From the human T2T-CHM13v2.0 reference genome, Homo sapiens: a DNA stretch of 64,000 nucleotides. Shown here piece by piece: positions 42,631-56,370 of the stretch. The notes below the pieces were generated by a model, which was not told the origin of the DNA, did no database searches, and saw only the letters and a program-made list of their open reading frames with translations. The translations under genes were made by a program, and so were the position numbers. Position 1 is the first letter of the stretch, and every line of letters begins with the position of its first letter. The stretch lies in NCBI RefSeq assembly GCF_009914755.1, contig NC_060929.1; one strand, written 5' to 3'.

Positions 42631-44519
42631 TCCCTTCCTTAATCATTTTGATTTCTGTGCCAGTACCCAGAATGTTACCATATAAATATTAAGTGCTCCA
42701 GAAATTGCTAAATGAATTAGTAATTTCTTTGCCAATACTAAATGTATAAAGCTACTGTAATTTCTAGGCTGCTGATATTTTATTGGGTTTTTTTTTAAGA
42801 AATTCTTTTTTCCATTAGGGAGTAACTTATTGCAGATTTACTAGATAAAAAATATATTCAATACAGAAATATCTGGTGGATAAATGCTGATGTCATACAA
42901 AGCATATTAAAATTCAAATGAAATATAACTGTGAGGAAAACAATAAGTGGCTTAGAGTTAGTAACAGTTTATAAAAGCCATTTTTTTTTTTTTTTTTTTT
43001 ACCATTTAAGCAGAGACTAGGCTTTGAGGAGGCCAAGACAATGCTTTCTGGACTCTAAAGTAAGCCCATAGTTTGGCAGTATATGGTGACATATACTCCA
43101 AGCTTACAATTTTAATTCTCATTTGAACATATTTAAATATATTCTGATGCCAGTGGATAGGATGATATTCCAAAGAATGTAAGATTGGGAATCCTAAATT
43201 TAGACTGTGATCTAAAAATTGGTTTAAAAACTTGCACTTCGTTTCAAGAGTTATGGATTCCACAGTACTAACAAATGGTGTTGCTTGAATGGTCTCAAAG
43301 ATTTTGACAACATTGTAAATCTTCAATCACTTGAAACATTTAGCATAATGAAGCAATTTTTAATAATCTGTATAGACCTACCCTTCTCTGTCTCACCTTG
43401 TCATTTTTGAGTTTTTATTCATCATTGCTCAGTTTGTATATGATATGACTACATTAATATAGTGTGTCTAAATCTTTGACTATTTAAGGATAGATTTTTA
43501 GAAGCAAGCATTGTGCATTCATTGCCCTCTTAAAATGATGAACAGAGTTGTTTGCTGTATATAGTAGAAATAACATTCATTTATAATAAATAATAAAGAA
43601 CTATGCCCATATGACAGACAGCTCTTAACAGTGGTGCTATTTTAAATAGAGGACCTAAATCATAATAGCTACTGTTTGTTGAACATGTCTTGTGTGCTCA
43701 ATATTTTACATAACTTACCCCTAATTTATAGTTGAATAAACTGAGTCTCAGAGAAGTTAAGTAACTATTCTCAGGTCACCTGGCTAATAAGTGATAGAGT
43801 TGGCTTTTAAATCAATACTTTCTGAATCCAAAGTTAAGTCTTATAATAGCTATGTTCTACTCCCTCTACAATAGTATCGTAAACAGTCTATACTTTCTTT
43901 GCCTCATTCTTTGTGTACTTCAAATTATTCTCATAACTAGTTTGTCTACCCTAGAAATGCACCATTTCCTCTTCAACTCTCAAAATAATCTCTACCTCAA
44001 AGACCTTAGTGTTCGGAAAACATCATCTAAATGACTGAATTACTTACCAAATTGAAAGCTATACAAAGTAGCATAATAAAAAGATAGGAATGTTTGATGG
44101 AGTAAATGGAAGATGTGTTTGCTGTTCCCTGTGCAGCGGCTACCCAGTTCCATTTTTATGTCATGCCAAGTAAATATGGGATATCTACAGTTGTGTTCAT
44201 ATAGCTTTAAGAAATAGGAAATAATTGTACTTACCTGAGAACACATAATGACAGCCTAAACTAGGCATTGATGGTTAAAGTCAAGAGGAGCTGTTATATG
44301 TGAGAGAGATTAGAAAATGATGTACTTCAACACTGATTCAATGAAAGGAAAGGGAGAAGAGTCCAAGGGAAATTTAAAGTCTGGTCATTCAAAAGATTAT
44401 GGTTCCATGATCAAATAGAGACTTCAGGAGAAGGAACAAATTTGGGCAAGAAGGAGACGATTTCAGGTTTGGACATAAAGAATTTGTAATTATGTTGAGA
44501 TGTCCAGCCTGCTGTTTCT

Positions 44520-45067
<548 letters not shown>

Positions 45068-45433
45068 TGTATTAGTCTGTTCTCATGCTGCTAATAAAGA
45101 CATACCCAAGACTGGGGTAATTTATAAAGAAAAGAGGTTTAATTGACTCACAGTTCTGCATGACTGGGGAGGCCTCAGGAAACTTACAATCATGGTGGAA
45201 GACATCTCTTCACAGGGTGACAGGAGAGAGAATGAGTGCCAGCAGTGGAAATACCAAATGCTTATAAAACCATCAGATCTCATGAGAACTCACTCACTAT
45301 CATGAGAATAGCATGGGAGAAACTGCCACCATGATCCAATCACTTTCCATGAGGTCCCTCCCACAACACATGGGGATTATGGGAACTACAATTCAAAATG
45401 AGATTTGGGTGGGGATACAGCCATACCATATCA
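45068..45433 (-). mobile_element. THE1-type MaLR solo LTR
   Basis: tgtattagtctgttctcatgctgctaataaagacatacccaagactggg...gagatttgggtggggatacagccataccatatca. TSD gtatg/gtatt. Confidence 0.92.
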
Positions 45434-46047
45434 GTATTAAATTTCTGAGTTAATCTACGCAGAAATTTGTAGAAGATAGGTACAAATGCAGGACCATTAA
45501 GGCAAAACATCTACATTTGGAAATAACCTATATAGGAGTGATAGTTGATGTTATGAGATTAGATTAAAATGCCAGTGTACAAAGTATAGAGATGAGAAAA
45601 ATGTCAACAATTATAATATGGGAAGAAAAAGAGTAACCAGGAGAAGAATTGGAGATTCAAAATGCTAAAATGGTATATAAGCCTGACTGGGATAGAATTC
45701 TAAGAAGAAAGGAGAAGGAAGGAATAATTAACATCATTGAATGATAGAGGCCAAAAAGGAAGAGGAGAAATGAGAAAAGGCCATTGAATTTGGTTGATAT
45801 AGAAGCAGTTTCAGTAGACTGTAAGAGGGATAGATTGCAAGAGATTAAGAAGTTAGAGGTTAATAAAGCAGACTGTATAGGTAAACTATTCTTTCAAGAA
45901 TGGAGTCCATTTGTGAAGATAATAATCACTTGATTTGAGCCAAGTCCAGAGAAATTTGAGCATTTTTGTTTGCTGAATAAAAGGATCAGTGAGGTGGGAG
46001 TGTTTGAAATTGTAAAAGAGAGAAGATAATTTCTATAATAAGATCCT

Positions 46048-46210
46048 AGAGCATTGTATCCCAAACCTGAGTACATACTGGAATCATCTGGGGATCTCGT
46101 TACAAGGGCAAATTTCCAGGCAACATTCCACATCTAAAGTTATTATATTCCCTGGAGGTTTGTCTCCCCCAACATGTTGCTAGCAAGTTCTTCCAGGTGA
46201 TTATGATGTA
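46048..46210. mobile_element. MER5-like hAT MITE
   Basis: 'ggaatcatctggggatctcgtta...caagttcttccaggtgattatgatg'. Confidence 0.55.
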
Positions 46211-47568
46211 TCCACAGGACAAACAAGGAACTTATGAGTGCTGATGAGGTCATCAGTGAAATGACTGGTCATAGCATCCAGTTTGAATAGATAGCCAATT
46301 AGGGCTAGAATGGGGCTGATGGACCATGAACTACAGTTAAGGAATTGGCTTTCATTATTATGGGAATATGTGCAAGCTTAGTAGAAATGAAAGGCTGAAA
46401 AAGTTAAAAAGGTAGTGGATTTTGATCACTGAGGGAACTTTCAGAATTCAGGATCTTGGAGGCCAAGCAGATGCAAAATGTGGCTGTGTGTGTCTGGTGT
46501 GGAAAAAAAGATAAAAAGAACTGAGTTACACACATCGTAAGACCCAGCAGTTTGGTAACTAATACATGGCAGTGGTAAAAAGGTATAGGATTTGGGATAA
46601 GGAAAGAAGCACTAAAGGTTCAATCACATATGTAATTATCTAGACTTCAGATTCCACTAAACCTTGGCTTTAATATCTTTGATAAACATTTTCAGAGTGG
46701 AGTGCCTACTTGGGTTTATAGCCTTTGAATTTCCATGATTCACTCTAGATTTTGTTGAAAATACCGTGGGTACTTGACTTTCATAGATAATATATGCACA
46801 GTCTTGACCAGTTACAAGTAACCCTAAGGGTTTATGATAATGAGTAGTTAATAATTCTTTGCAAGGCATGAATTTGAATCTCCTGCCCTAAAACTGGCAT
46901 GGAGAAGCAAGTCACTTAGCTAGTGCTTTGTAGTGAAGTCAACATTTACTTCTAAGTTTGTCTTTAACACATGATTATATTAATCATCAGACCTCACCCT
47001 GGTAGATTTAACTACCAGGAAATTAAAAGGAAATGTATATGCCAAACTGTAGTATTAAATGAGTTAAAAACTTGGGTTTAAAAATCAAATGAGTTAAAAG
47101 TTTGTAGCGTGACACCTACCGTGTAATAATTACTTAATAAATGGTAGTCACTGGTACCAGTTCAGGAATTCAACCATTTTTGAAGCCAAATTTTTTGTGT
47201 ATGTCCATGCTTAATGAGTAATATTTATATTAAAAATTTTGTTTTGATCCAGTATCTCCGTAAATTATTAAACTGAAACTAGAATGTTAAATTTGTTAGT
47301 GAATTAGGAAGATAATGGGTCATTTATCACATATTTGATAGGGGGTATATTTTATAGTAATTCGTATTGTTATTATGAAAAAATTAGAACTCTTAAAATC
47401 CTTTAAGTGTATTTCTATAGCACAAGTATACATACACAGAAACAAAATGAATGAATTACATTATTCACTTTATTTTTCTTAGATGTAGTATACCAATGAT
47501 TCTGTTTTTGCTAAACAACTTTTACTCTCAATATATTATATACTTATATAACTCTTTTTGCTTTATAG

Positions 47569-47672
47569 TGAAGAGCTCAGAAAAGAAGCAAGACAATTAA
47601 AACGGGAACTCTTAGCAGCAAAACAAAAAAAAGTAGAAAATGCAGCAAAACAAGCAGAAAAAAGAAGTGAAG
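47569..47672 (+). CDS. CWC27: Internal coding exon (104 nt, probably exon 11) of CWC27 spliceosome-associated cyclophilin (SDCCAG10)
   Basis: Acceptor ctctttttgctttatAG (AG 47567-47568) and donor GAAG|GTAAGG (GT 47673-47674). After one phase-completing base it translates to EELRKEARQLKRELLAAKQKKVENAAKQAEKRSE, which matches my recollection of the human CWC27 C-terminal charged region. It is absent from the ORF track because it has no start codon. Confidence 0.95.
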
Positions 47673-47821
47673 GTAAGGGCATTTATCACGCTTATTTTTT
47701 CACTTGATACTCCTCCTTCTCTGTTTTCTTAGCTCCTCCCTGCCCGCTCCCGTATTCATCCCTTCCCTTCTCCTTTCCTTCTCATTTTTTCTTCCCTCTT
47801 TCTTTCCCTCCCTCTTGAGTT

Positions 47822-47824
<3 letters not shown>

Positions 47825-47878
<54 letters not shown>
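47825..47878. repeat. (GT)27 microsatellite preceded by a ~110-bp pyrimidine tract
   Basis: Seen directly, ~150 nt downstream of the CWC27 exon donor. Confidence 0.97.
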
Positions 47879-47881
<3 letters not shown>

Positions 47882-49493
47882 TAATACTTTCTTTGAACAG
47901 TTAGCCAGGAAAATAAATTTCCACCCAGGAAATTTGTCTAAGAAGTAAATTCAGTGCAAATGGGATTGTAACTATTGTTCTTAAGTAACCTTCATGAAAA
48001 CTAACAGAATACTTGAAATCTAGCAAAACTTAAAGGTTGCCATAGCATCTAACTAGATTAAAAGTGCACAAGGGTGGAATGTTTATATATATATTGCATA
48101 TTCTTTAAAACATTTTTAAAAAGTGTTTGAGCCCTGTGGTTGGGACTTAGGTAAACATTTGTGTGTTGGTTTGAATAGTATTAAATACCTAATTTTGTTT
48201 TTTGTTTGTTTTTTGTTTTTACTCTTATGTTAAGACATAGAAAGTCTAAAGTATTGATAAAGCTGATCAAAATAACATCTTGCTGTTTATACAGGTTAAC
48301 TAGCTTCTTTGTTTCACTACGATTTTTATTAAGCTTCAAAAAAAAAGCTTTTTCATTGATGATCTTTAATTTAGTTTAAAATTGTTTCAGCTATAAAGCA
48401 TGTAATGTTCAGTTTCTAAAATAACAGCTTGGAACCCACATCTGTTTTCTTTTTACAGTGATAAATTGTATTGTCCATTCAGTGAATATGATCAGAAATT
48501 TTATTCAATTGCCTCTTATAATGTATACTAAGTTTGATACATTTGATACTAAGTACATACATGTACACATTTGCTTGTACATATATATTCTATATTTTTA
48601 TGCTTTTGAAAGCTTGAAGTGTTTTACCTACTAGATTCTATTAACAGTCACTGGAAGTATATTAACAAATAAGATGTAGCATCTAGCCTTAAAGACTACA
48701 CATTCTAATACAGTGGCACAATGTTTGGCCATAGGTATTATTATTGTTTATTTTAAGTAGCATGAGTAATACCAGATAACTATTTAAAGGGCGTAGTTCT
48801 CAATTCTAAGATTATTTGTACAAAATCCCCAATGACTATTTTCATAAAGGCAGATATTATACATACTTCATGAAGATTTGAAAGTCATTGAAGTATATAT
48901 TTGAATGAAACATTATTTAAAAATTAACTGAAGTATAATGGCACAAATAATAAACAATTTAGAAGAAGGGATAAACTTATTTGTGACTAGATCATGAAGG
49001 CAAAATGTAACCCAGAATAGAAACAGTATCTTAGCATTAATGAGATTTGAAACAGGTACAGTCAGGATTATTTTATTTTTAGGTTTATAAGTAATTTTCT
49101 TAGAAGACTGTTTCTTATAATTAAAAGTATTTTAAATATATGAAAATAATTTCAACTAGAAAGATCTTTCAACTAGAAAGAATAAAATATAAAACTTAAA
49201 TATTTTATTTGCTTTTGAGCTAATAATTATTAGTACCCTCATGTCTTAAACACTATGCTGGATTAGGAGTGTAACACTGTGACTTATAGTTACGATCTAG
49301 TAGGAGTGAAAGAAATGCAATAGGTATACTATAATAGTGCCATACAGGTAAGGCCTATATTAGACATAAGCAGTGCTAAGTTTATTTATTTGTCTCCCTT
49401 TGAAATAATAAATAGGTAGGTAAAGACATTAGTCTTAAAGACTGATTTCTTAATGCAAAAGAGAAGATTCTTAACAGAGCTCATTTCAATCTG

Positions 49494-49762
49494 CTTTTAT
49501 TTATTTATTTATTTACTTATTTTTTGAGATGGAGTCTCACTCTGTCACCCAGGCTGGAGTGTGGTGGCGCGATCTTGGCTCACTGCAACCCCCGCCTTCG
49601 GGTTCAAGTGATTCTCGTACCTCAGCCTCCCAAGTAGCTGAAACTGCAAGCATGCACCACCACACCTGTCTGATTTTTTGTATTTTTAGTAGAGACAGGG
49701 TTTCACCATGTTGATCAGGCTGGTCTCGAACTCCTGACCTCAGGTGATCTGCCTGCCTCAGC
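49494..49762 (-). mobile_element. AluS lacking its 5'-most ~50 nt
   Basis: Antisense Alu with (TTTA)n tail that stops at 'gcctgcctcagc'. Confidence 0.92.
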
Positions 49763-50148
49763 AGTGTCAGAATGTTCTGACACACATTCAAGGATTCCTA
49801 AAATTTTACTATGTTTCCATAATGCTATGTAGTGAGAAAGCTCATGGTATCATTTTTAATCATGAGGAAAGAAGAATTTCAAATATAATGTGGTATTTAC
49901 TAAAATCACACATTTTTCATAATAAATTCATAGTCAATTTTCTACCATTATAACAGCAATACTTGCCAATTTTAAAAGATCACAGTAACTTTAAAGGAAA
50001 TACAATTCTAAGAAAAAGGTAATCCATAATGTACATCATAGATGGTTCTAAGAAAGAATTTTGCTAAGCACTCTAACAAAATACTGATAATAAAACATAA
50101 TAAAATATTGCTCCTAATAGCACTCTAACAATATTAGAATCAAAATCA

Positions 50149-51550
50149 AATGGTCTACTTAGTGCCCAGCTCTTGCTTTCTAAAAACAGTACTCCGATTA
50201 GAGTAACCACAGCTCCTCAAAGAAGTGGTTGATTGCAGGTCTGGAGAACTGAAAATACAAGATCAGCCGGAAGTATCTTGTGGTACCAGAAAGTAAGAAA
50301 GTGCTCAAAGGATGGGGACAAGCTAAAAGGGCACACAAGCTAACCTGAAAGAGCTACCAATGGCCAAAGCTGGAAAAATTTGAAAAAAATAAATAATAAT
50401 AGTTTCATATAATTAACTAAATATATAATATAGTTAATATAATTATATATAATATAGTTAATATAATTAACTATATATAGTATAATAAATAATATAAAGT
50501 ATATAAATAATTTGTTTATATATAAATATATAAATAACATATATTATTTATTATTATAACTTTATAAATGTCAACATATATAAATAATGTATATTTTGGG
50601 ATTATAACACTATATAATTTACATTTAAATATAAATATACAAATAGCATATATTATTATTTATTATTATAACATACATGTCAACATATTATATAAAATAT
50701 ATTTATAAATATATTGGCATACTTATAAATAATTTATAAATAATATAAATATTCACAGCTCATACTGAAGTAAGGATGTAAATAACAGAAGAGAAAGTTC
50801 TTTCTTACAGAATTCCAAGTAATTAAAATAGAAATCAGAGAACTAGAAAGGCACTATTAGAACACCACAGTAAATAACTGTTGCCAATAAGCAAGATCTA
50901 CCATCTACCAATAGATGCTAAAGTTAGTAGAGAGAAACTTGAAGAGAAACAGAATATTTGTATAGTGTCAAAGTATTTTCCCCTAAATATTTATAAAACT
51001 CAAAGGTAAAAAGAGTAACTTTATAGTACAGCAACTCAGCAGACACCATTTTAACCAAGGGATCGAGGTAATATCACCAACAATAAGACAGAAGACATTG
51101 TGTTACTCCTGATATAATGCACTGAGAAGGAATACTACTTCTGTGGTAATCTTCCCAAAAATAAATAATCATAATTCAATTAGAAAACATCAAACTCAAA
51201 TTGAGAGACATTCTACAAAGTATCTAACCAAAACTCTTCAAAGTGTCAAGGTCATGAAAGACAAGGAATGATTGATGAATTGTCATAGATCAAAAGAGAC
51301 TAAGGAGACATGGCAAATAAATGCAGTTCAATCCTAGATAGAATCATAGAACAAAAAAAAAGGATATTAGTGTGGAAAATGGTGAAATTCTGATAAGGTC
51401 TATAGTTAGTTAATAGTATTGTTCCAACATTATTGGCATGGTTTTGATCACTAATCTATGGTCACGGAAGGCCTTAACATTAAAGTTATATGGTAACTGT
51501 ATTATTTTTGCAACTTCTGTGTAAGTCTAAAATAATTTCAAAATAAAACA
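50149..51550 (+). mobile_element. L1MC/MD-like 3' region with an internal AT-rich low-complexity expansion (~50390-50790)
   Basis: 'agctaccaatggccaaagctggaa', 'ctcttcaaagtgtcaaggtcatgaaagacaaggaa' and 'tttttgcaacttctgtgtaagtctaaaataatttcaaaataaaa'. Confidence 0.78.
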
Positions 51551-51783
51551 ACGAAAAGTAAATAAATAAAATGGCACATTTTGAGATGAGAAAATACAAT
51601 ATCAATCAAATGACCCAATTTTGGGTGAAGCTAATTTTAACAGTCATTTGGATTTAGAGAAAATCCAGTTATTTCTATATGATATAAGGAAAGTTAACAG
51701 AAAAATACTTACTAATATAATTCTCTTTCTAATTATGGCATAAAAATATTTTCACATGGTTAACAATCATAAAAGCAAATTGA

Positions 51784-51827
51784 GGCCGGGCGCGGTGGCT
51801 CACGCCTGTAATCCCAGCACTTTGGGA
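51784..51827 (+). mobile_element. 44-bp Alu 5' stub, perfect consensus
   Basis: ggccgggcgcggtggctcacgcctgtaatcccagcactttggga followed by an abrupt end. Confidence 0.95.
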
Positions 51828-53827
51828 TTGAATATAGAATTTGCAGTAGGCTCTAACACCCTAATTTAGGTAAACAAAAAATGTGGTGTTTTACTATAGA
51901 TACCAGCAATGTCAAAAGAGATGTACTGCAGGACAATCCTGTTTACAGCCTTGGAGTGTCTTTAGTCCCATTGTAAATCATCAAGGCCTGTGCATAAGGT
52001 TGTTGTGGGGGGTGGGAGGATAATAAATTTTGAATAAGATTGATGGTTAATTGGAGATAGAGTTGGTTTCCTGTCTTGGCTCTGTCAGGTTCTTTAATAA
52101 ACTATATAATCCTTTTCATTAAATCATGTCTCTAAGTCTTTTCCAGATTTCTTTAAGTTTCATATCAAAACCAGTACCAAACTGAACATAGTCACATAGA
52201 GATGACAGGTTTGGACATATTCTCTAATCAGCTTTAAAGAGATAAGGTGTTAGGTCCTCTTTCAAAGTTCTAAGCAGACAATTCCTGCTCTATGACTGGT
52301 GCCAGAAATTAGAGGAGAAGGGTCAGGCTGAGCTTGTAAATCAAGAAAAAATTTTAAAGCCTTTTCATGAAACATATCCCTGAGGTGCCTAGTACCTCTC
52401 AAGTTGCACTGGGTTATTTCACATTTCTTCAGACTATCTTTTTAATACTGGATCAAATCAGACTAGAGTCCCTCAGGCTTGATAGGTTGTGAAAGTATAT
52501 AGTTTTTGAGTACTTTTCATCTGGGTAATATATAGTATTAAACTAGCTTGGTCTTAGTTGGTATAAGAAACAAAAACCCTCTTTGAGTGTTAGCTCTGTG
52601 TTCTACTTAATACCATGTAAAATTTTCTTATTGAGCAAACTGGTTCTCTTTTCCAAAGCAGTTAACTTTCTTTAGGTACTGTTGAGTTATTTTTTTTTTC
52701 TTGGAACCCAGAAGTATCAGACCTATTTTTCTTCGTAGTCTACTCTTAATCTATGTGCTAATTTTTACTTTATTTACATAAAGTGAAAGTATATTTGCAC
52801 TTGACTCATTGGATGCATCTCAGGCCAGCCATCATTTTCTAGTTCTTCTTACTTTGGGCATAGCCACTAATAAATTGATTATCTGGTTTTCTAAGCTAAA
52901 AACCAATTAAAGTATAAAAGTGAGGGAGCGTATACTCTAAAAGGGTGAATTTTATGGAAAGTGAAGTATATCTCAATAATTTAATAAATAAATAAACAAG
53001 CAAAAGAGAAGCCAGAAAAGGCACTGACCTGTGGACCTTTCTAGCCCAGTATTTTATTGGGCTAACAACAAATTTTTTTTAAGTGTGAGAGAAAAGCATG
53101 GCTAGAGACATTCATTCATTTTGGTAGCAGCAAGAGGTGATCGCCAACCAGCTGACACTAGGTCAGGAAACACAAGAACATAAGAGTCAAATATTATGGA
53201 AATACTTGTTAAACATACTTTACTCTGAATGTGTATATCTTTAAAAGATAAAGTTATCCCTACCTATTGTAATGGGCCTGATTCATTAAGAGAAGTTTAA
53301 ATTGTATTTATTATTCTTTAATAAGATAGAGAATGGGCAATGATTCCAACCTAATTAGTTAAAAAAATTAATCATTTTAATCAATTAAAGATAAAGTTCT
53401 CTTATCTAGACTATTCAGTTGTGTGGAATACCTCATTTCCTGAAAGTCCTGGAAAAATAGAGCTTTATTCTGTAGCTAGGGCAGTCGGCCTCTCAACTGA
53501 AATTTTCTTGAACCCCTTACTACCTTTAAGTGCTAGAAACCATGCAATATTTTAAACAAGATATCTTTCAATAATATAATTTCTTAAATAGTAAAGATTT
53601 TTAAAGGTCTGTAGCAAATATGAAGATGTACATACCCTCACAATTACATGAAGAATTTAATCTTTTGGTAAAGTAAGAGATGATCATCTTTAAGAGTCCA
53701 TAAAGTACTTTCTTCTTTTTTAGACAATCTATCTCAAACTTTTTTCCAAGTCATAATTAGCGAATCTTGTTGAGCTTTACTTTGTGAACCCTACATTATA
53801 GGCATATTTAATTTTTATGAGCAATAA

Positions 53828-54300
<473 letters not shown>

Positions 54301-55187
54301 TAACACAGTTTTCTAATAACCTTTCTTTCTGGCCTGGTGGTTGTAATTTCAATGTTGAGAATTTGACAAGAGCCTTTAGCTATATTTTTAGTAACTGCAA
54401 TTTGTCCTCCTATTACTAATATCTGTGTCATTCCTGACCCAGTAAAAATAGATTGCTTAATTCATACAGGTAAATATTAGTTGGGGGTCATTACTGTCTC
54501 TTTATTTAAAAAAAAAAGCTGTATTTCTTACATTATAAAAGTAACATTTATTCTTTGCAAAAATATCAGAAATGTAGAAAGGCATAAAGGTTAAAAAGAA
54601 AGATTACCCCATAATACTTCGCCAAAGATAACCAGTTAACTTTGTGATATTTATTTTTTCTGGATTTGTTTCTTTTCATGCTATAAACACACGTGTTTTT
54701 TTCCCCATAATGTCATTTTGTTATAATTTTGTTTATAATATTCCTTTTTAAAAGAATGTTTATATTGAAATTGACCAAGAATTCTTAAGGGGGCAACTTG
54801 CTTTAGGAGTATGTCTTCTTAATTATCTTACATCACACAACGTGAGATATAGAGGATGATGGATGTAAAGACCGTACAAATGCAGTTGAGACATGAAAAA
54901 TTCCCACTATTTCAGCTCTGGGGTTTAGACTATGTGGGAGCAATGATAGCCAGGGACTACATTTCCATTGCTGATGAGAATTCTTTATCTCTCGTTCTTT
55001 AAAAAAAAAAAAAATCATTTAAAAAGTCATTAAAATAAATCCTGAGCTCATGTTGTAGTCTGTTACCTCTTTCTCAGCTGGCCACTAAAAATTCTGCAAG
55101 GAAAGATTACATTCAGGTTAGGTATTTGGAGCCTACATTGAAATAATTACAAATTTGTCCACTCTTGGAAAGTAGAAGAGGTGAAGG

Positions 55188-55241
55188 GTATGTGTATGTG
55201 TGTGCGCACATATGCACGTGTGCATGCGCACACACACGTGT
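55188..55241. repeat. 54-bp perfect alternating purine-pyrimidine tract
   Basis: gtatgtgtatgtgtgtgcgcacatatgcacgtgtgcatgcgcacacacacgtgt. Confidence 0.9.
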
Positions 55242-55992
55242 TTTATTGTTTTGTTTTGTTTGGATATTTAGATTGTCTCCAGAGAGGAACTAATATCATC
55301 ATTAAAAGTTTGATTATAACCAGTGTTCCCATTTGGGAATGGAGTTGTTAACTTTTCCAGACTGCTGTCAAGACCTTATTTTAAGTAAGATGTTTTCCTT
55401 TTATGTGACATTTTCTGAGGTTTTGCCAAAAATGACATCAAACATATAATTCATTCGAGTGCTGAGTTTCTTCAACATCTTGCAGCACTTAATCAAATTT
55501 GGGAAAGATATTCTTTTCACAACTTTATAGTGTAAACCTGTGAATATGTTGCATTAAACCTTACTTTGTACAGTTTAATCTGCATGGTATCAGGTTGATT
55601 TTTAAAAAATGATTAATGCAATAGCTGATAGTTTTTAATGATTATATTTTCAAATTCTGCACATAAACTCCAGGCAGATGGTACAGTTGCAGCTTTTGAG
55701 TATTAGTATTTTTTCACACAAAACTCAGATAATCCCTAAATTATATTAATAGCTACATTAAACAATGCCAGAAAGAACAAAAGGAATACTGAAGTTCTCA
55801 GAAAACTAACAAGATGCCCAAATACTGAGAAATCATTGAGAACCTATTTTGATATACAAAAATATTTTAGGTTTTTTAAAGAAGACTATGGCCACGCCAG
55901 AATGTAAGTTTGTTTAAAACATTATGCTGCAGTATGTTAAAATGTGAAAGTAAGCTAGCCTTAACGAACGTCTTACTCATTAGAAACTCTGA

Positions 55993-56370
<378 letters not shown>

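Noticed and set aside
50390-50790. Extremely AT-rich stretch as organellar or foreign DNA
   Set aside because: It is low-complexity TA expansion inside a continuous L1MC/MD 3' region.
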